Assembly: GCA_963796285.1 (NCBI GenBank)
Contig: CAWCKW010000003.1
Coordinates: forward strand, 32,001-96,000
From: Nitrospirota bacterium
Lineage (GTDB): Bacteria > Nitrospirota > UBA9217
Direction of reading: 5' to 3'
Length of the DNA: 64,000 nucleotides
The position numbers and the translations under genes were made by a program. This document shows positions 62,598 to 64,000 of the stretch, piece by piece. Position 1 is the first letter of the stretch. Each line of letters starts with the position of its first letter. The notes under the pieces were generated by a model, which saw nothing but the letters and a program-made list of their open reading frames with translations, was not told the origin of the DNA and ran no database searches.

Positions 62598-64000
62598 ATG
62601 GACCAACAGCACAAACCCTCGCCCCTCCAAAGAATAAGAACCGTCATCCTTGGCGGAAAGCACAACATCGAGGATACCACGCTCTTCCATAAGCTCTCGC
62701 TCATCGCTTTCTTCGCCTGGGTCGGACTCGGCGCTGACGGACTTTCATCGTCCTGTTACGGCCCCGAAGAGGCCTTTATCGCCTTTCATGGCCATGTCTA
62801 CCTGAGCGTCTTCGTCGCGCTCATGTCGGGAATAACGGTGTTCATCATCGCCGCAAGTTACTCGCAGATCATCGAGCTCTTCCCGTCAGGCGGCGGTGGT
62901 TATCTCGTTGCGAGCAAACTCCTGTCACCAACGGCAGGGATGGTCTCGGGCTCGGCGCTCCTGATCGATTATGTGCTGACGATTACCATTTCCGTGGCGA
63001 GCGGGGCCGATGCCCTGTTCAGTTTTCTTCCCCCCGCCTTGCTTTCCTACAAGCTCGTGTTCGCGCTTCTCGGCGTATTACTTCTTACCGTTATGAATAT
63101 GCGCGGCGTGAAGGAATCGGTCCTCCCTCTGGTGCCCATCTTCCTCACCTTCGTGGTCACCCACGCGTTCATCATCGGCTACGCCGTGATCATGAATCTG
63201 GGAAATTTGGGAATGGTCGCAGCCTCGACCAGGGCGGACATCATGCAAACGCAGGCGGAACTGGGGATAGGCGGTATGCTCCTGCTCATCCTGCGCGCCT
63301 ATAGCATGGGCGCCGGCACGTACACCGGGATCGAGGCGGTCAGCAACGGTCTGCCCATCCTCCGCGAGCCGAAAGTGAAGACCGGCAAACGCACCATGCG
63401 GTACATGGCTGCCTCCCTGGCCTTCACGGTCATGGGCCTGATGATCGCCTACCTGCTCTATCATGTCGTACCGCAGTCCGGCAAAACACTGAATGCCGTT
63501 CTGTTCGAAACCATGACCAAGGACTGGGGAAAAGGCGGTGTCGTCTTCGTGCTCATAACGCTCCTGTCCGAGGCGGCGCTCCTGCTTATCGCGGCCCAGG
63601 CCGGATTCCTCGATGGACCCCGGGTGCTTTCGAACATGGCCCTGGACCGCTGGTTCCCGACCAAATTCGCCATGCTCTCCGACCGGCTTGTCACACAGAA
63701 GGGCATCCTGCTCATGGGCGGCGCGGCCCTCGTCACCATGGTCCTGACCAACGGCTCGGTGAAGTATCTCGTGGTCCTTTACAGCATCAACGTGTTCATC
63801 ACCTTCTTTCTGTCCCAGTTCGGCATGGTGCGCCACTGGTGGCAGGTCCGCGGCAAAGAGGACCATTGGGAAAAGAAGCTTTTCATCAACGGCCTGGGCA
63901 TGACCTTGACGTTCGGCATCCTGGTGACCGTGACCATGCTCAAGTTCAACGAGGGAGGCTGGATCACCCTGCTCCTTACGGGCTCCCTGGTCGCGATCGC
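62598..64000 (+). CDS. APC-family permease, KimA/YdaO-like (runs off the window)
   Basis: Own translation from ATG 62598: MDQQHKP...GLGADGLSSSCYGPEEAF...YSQIIELFPSGGGGY...DYVLTITISV...YTGIEAVSNG. Absent from the ORF track because there is no stop in the window. Confidence 0.85.
   Translation, partial: MDQQHKPSPLQRIRTVILGGKHNIEDTTLFHKLSLIAFFAWVGLGADGLSSSCYGPEEAFIAFHGHVYLSVFVALMSGITVFIIAASYSQIIELFPSGGGGYLVASKLLSPTAGMVSGSALLIDYVLTITISVASGADALFSFLPPALLSYKLVFALLGVLLLTVMNMRGVKESVLPLVPIFLTFVVTHAFIIGYAVIMNLGNLGMVAASTRADIMQTQAELGIGGMLLLILRAYSMGAGTYTGIEAVSNGLPILREPKVKTGKRTMRYMAASLAFTVMGLMIAYLLYHVVPQSGKTLNAVLFETMTKDWGKGGVVFVLITLLSEAALLLIAAQAGFLDGPRVLSNMALDRWFPTKFAMLSDRLVTQKGILLMGGAALVTMVLTNGSVKYLVVLYSINVFITFFLSQFGMVRHWWQVRGKEDHWEKKLFINGLGMTLTFGILVTVTMLKFNEGGWITLLLTGSLVAI

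Overview
About 64 kb of a GC-rich diderm bacterial chromosome. Gene content suggests Nitrospirota or Desulfobacterota, but this is inference. It is probably a long-read or metagenomic assembly, because several genes, including housekeeping ones, are broken by single-base insertions. From left to right: murJ 3' end; a CBS protein; a P3A-type H+-ATPase; a DUF134-NifX-DsrE-OB-fold-OsmC-cytochrome c cluster; a sigma54-driven, tandemly duplicated operon of REC-DUF4388-Roadblock fusions plus Cys/His-rich V4R-like proteins, next to a Cys4 histidine kinase and an NtrC-type activator; accessory genes (truncated ORF6N, HAD, YtxH, C1 protease, patatin); a decayed multi-island array at the tmRNA 3' end; the radical SAM-pgeF-yggS-proC-yggT-divIVA-yggU operon with an inserted four-helix-bundle gene; a candidate structured ncRNA; a multi-PAS hybrid kinase; Re-citrate synthase-like, rpe, PASTA, rsmB, DUF116, fmt and def; a large SgmX/FimV-like TPR protein; glnB-glnA; kdpFABC plus a porin; a Zn/Mn-type ABC uptake operon headed by a hidden CxxC/RGPP leader peptide; kdpDE; and a KimA-like APC transporter. 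The strongest novelty candidates are (1) the duplicated Roadblock/V4R-like signalling operon with internal start codons, (2) a family of intergenic inverted short-tandem-repeat cassettes, one of which brackets the four-helix-bundle gene, (3) the RGPP arrest-peptide leader and (4) the ~230-nt structured element at 29.55-29.78 kb.
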